From assembly GCF_030684315.1 (NCBI RefSeq), contig NC_081401.1, positions 2,676,582 to 2,740,581 of the forward strand: a stretch of DNA of 64,000 nucleotides, written 5' to 3'. This DNA is from Stegostoma tigrinum. Taxonomy: Eukaryota. Each line of letters starts with the position of its first letter. Within the stretch, counting starts at the first letter, position 1. The notes below the pieces were generated by a model that was not told the DNA's origin, did no database searches, and saw nothing but the letters and a program-made list of their open reading frames with translations. The position numbers were made by a program, and so were the translations under genes. Shown piece by piece: positions 62,201 through 64,000 of this stretch.

Positions 62201-64000
62201 CACCCCCGCCCACCACCGACCCCGCTTTAAGGCAGGAGAGCGCCTTTCCATCAATGGCACACGCCATTGTTTTGAAATTCAATCCCACTTCTCCAGGTAA
62301 TCGATACCTCTTGAAATTGCTGGCTGCGGTTTCTCCCACGGCTGTGGCCTGGGGGCGGGGTGGGGGGGAGGGGATGGTCACCACCACTTATCCAGGTAAT
62401 GGATACCTCTTGAAACTTGCTGTTTCTCCCACAGCTGTGGCTCTGCTGGGTCCTAGAACCCACCTGCAACATTAATTCTTTTTTTCCCAAGAATTTCTGA
62501 TTTTTGTGTATGGTAAATTTGTTTTTTTTTAGCATGTATAAATCCAACTCTTGCTTGGTAATTTTTTTAAACGAACTAGCGTTTTCTTCGCCTCCTGCCA
62601 CTCTCTCTGTAAGTTCAGGGCACCATTGCAACGTTAGTGCCCGTACTGCCTCCCTGGTTCAGTTTGGTAAATGGGATATGGTGACACTGTGCAAGTGAGA
62701 CGTGATGCAGAGCAGAGATTCCTCCTGTGCACTCACCCTGTTGCCCTTCCTCCTGACTGATAGCAATCATCATGCGGAGTGGGTATTGAAACTGCCCTAC
62801 CCCGTGTGGTACTGCATCACTTGCACACGCACATACATCGTACTGAAACTGACAGGTTTACAATAGGCCCTTTAAACTTGAATTATAACAACCAGTTGCC
62901 TACTGCTCCACTCGCCTGGACACTGTAGCTCAGGGATTACCCCGCTCTACCCAAATTCTCCTCCCTGCGATTTGTTCCTTATCTCTTCCTGCTCCAGTAT
63001 TAATCCAGTCACATTTCCGAGCGAACCCCCACATGACTTCCTGCTGAGGAACCAATTCCTGACCTCTCCCCACCCGGCCCTTACTGATGCTCCAGTCCTT
63101 TCTCCGGACCTAGTGTGGATTTTTAACGTCCTCAGATACACCCATCCAGGATTCCCTGTCTGTTGAAAACCTCCAGGCAATCCTCCTCCCTAAACAGTTT
63201 CAGACTTAGAATTAAACAATTGGCTATTCTCAAATGCGCTGCCCATGTCTCTGTAGATTCTATAGTTACTTGGGGCAACGCTCGGGCTGGTCTGGCTGCT
63301 AAACAGGCTGCTGCAGATCGCATTTTTATTGTATCCTCGATGAACAACAGGTAGTAAATCGCAAGCCTTCTGACAAGACGGGCATGCCAGATATAGTCAC
63401 TGTTTGGCGCTTAAAGGGGGACGCCCCTGCTTCTGAAAAGAGTATTTGGAAGGTGCATGGATATTTGCATTCTGTGTCCTCAGACCTTGGGTTACCCGAG
63501 TCGGCCAAGTGTGTGTACCTGATACTTTGTTACCGATGCTTGTGACCTGTCTGCATTCTGACACCCGCCTTGGCAAGGAGGGAATGAGTGTTATTCTGCT
63601 CGGTACCTGGTCGCACCCCAGACTGGCTGAGGCAGCCCAGTCTCGTACAGTATCTTGTCCCACATGCCAGCAAAACAATGTGAGTCAGGGGGTAAGATGC
63701 TTACCAGGAAAACAGCCTTGCCAGGTGGACCGTTTGAATGCATTCAACTAGATTTTGTTGAATTGCCATGCGTAAAGTGTTACAAATATTATCTTGTCAT
63801 TATCGATGTATTCAGTAGGTGGACAGATGCTTTCCCAACGACAAACAACAAAGCCTCAACAGTAGTAAAACTGTTATTAACCGAAATAATACCAAGGTTT
63901 GGAGTACCGTGACAAATTAGTTCGGACAATGGCCCTCAAGTTGTAGGGAAAATTAATAAGGAACTGTGTGATACATTACACATCCAACAGCAATTCCACT

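Larger units (their letters stand above)
59200..64000 (+). mobile_element. Defective class I (epsilon/gamma-like) endogenous retrovirus, truncated by the window end
   Basis: Leader splice donor CAG|GTGAGT (~60230); gag remnants CPLRGTWEIDLC and capsid start IMSGVPDRKTNPEDFIDYI; RT connection QPVAYCSTRLDTVAQG; RNase H (PHDF...PALTDAP; KCAAH...GNARA..AAKQAA); integrase LHSDTRLG...SCPTCQQNN, IQLDFVELP...IDVFSRW...IIPRFGVP*QISSDNGP. Large internal deletions. Confidence 0.88.

Noticed and set aside
62251-62631. 126-aa minus-strand ORF in the ERV
   Set aside because: The N-terminal part resembles a decayed CR1 C-terminus (ERVAGGEENASSFKK..ELDLYM) and the rest runs through the local duplication; not a credible accessory gene.
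1-64000. Prokaryotic-type systems (CRISPR, operons, rRNA)
   Set aside because: The sequence is intron-containing vertebrate DNA; no repeat-spacer arrays or rRNA seen, and most short ORFs in the track are TE-derived or chance.

Overview
Repeat-rich vertebrate genomic DNA, very probably from a cartilaginous fish (inferred from CR1/HER1-type LINEs, HE1-type and SacSINE1/Deu-type SINEs, and abundant Penelope-like elements). The window is built from two diverged tandem copies of a ~30-33 kb segment (unit A ~254-31397, unit B ~33613-59199). Each unit carries a two-coding-exon class A GPCR gene of the GPR139/GPR142-like type. Copy A (15432-15501 + 17764-18668) is intact (324 aa). Copy B (46044-46113 + 48341-49245) has two nonsense codons in ECL2. 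The units differ by a ~6 kb inversion, an ~8.5 kb deletion starting at a hairpin apex, a ~7 kb block holding an unidentified minus-strand multi-exon pseudogene, and several copy-specific TE insertions. Other content: a degenerate Gypsy LTR retrotransposon with a nested solo LTR, several families of Penelope-derived repeats with minimal hammerhead-ribozyme cores, and from ~59200 to the window end a deleted class I-type endogenous retrovirus (LTR, tRNA-Ser PBS, gag, RNase H, integrase). The ERV contains an antisense RT fragment with a spuma/loki-like signature. All alignments were done by eye, so boundaries are approximate unless a motif is quoted.
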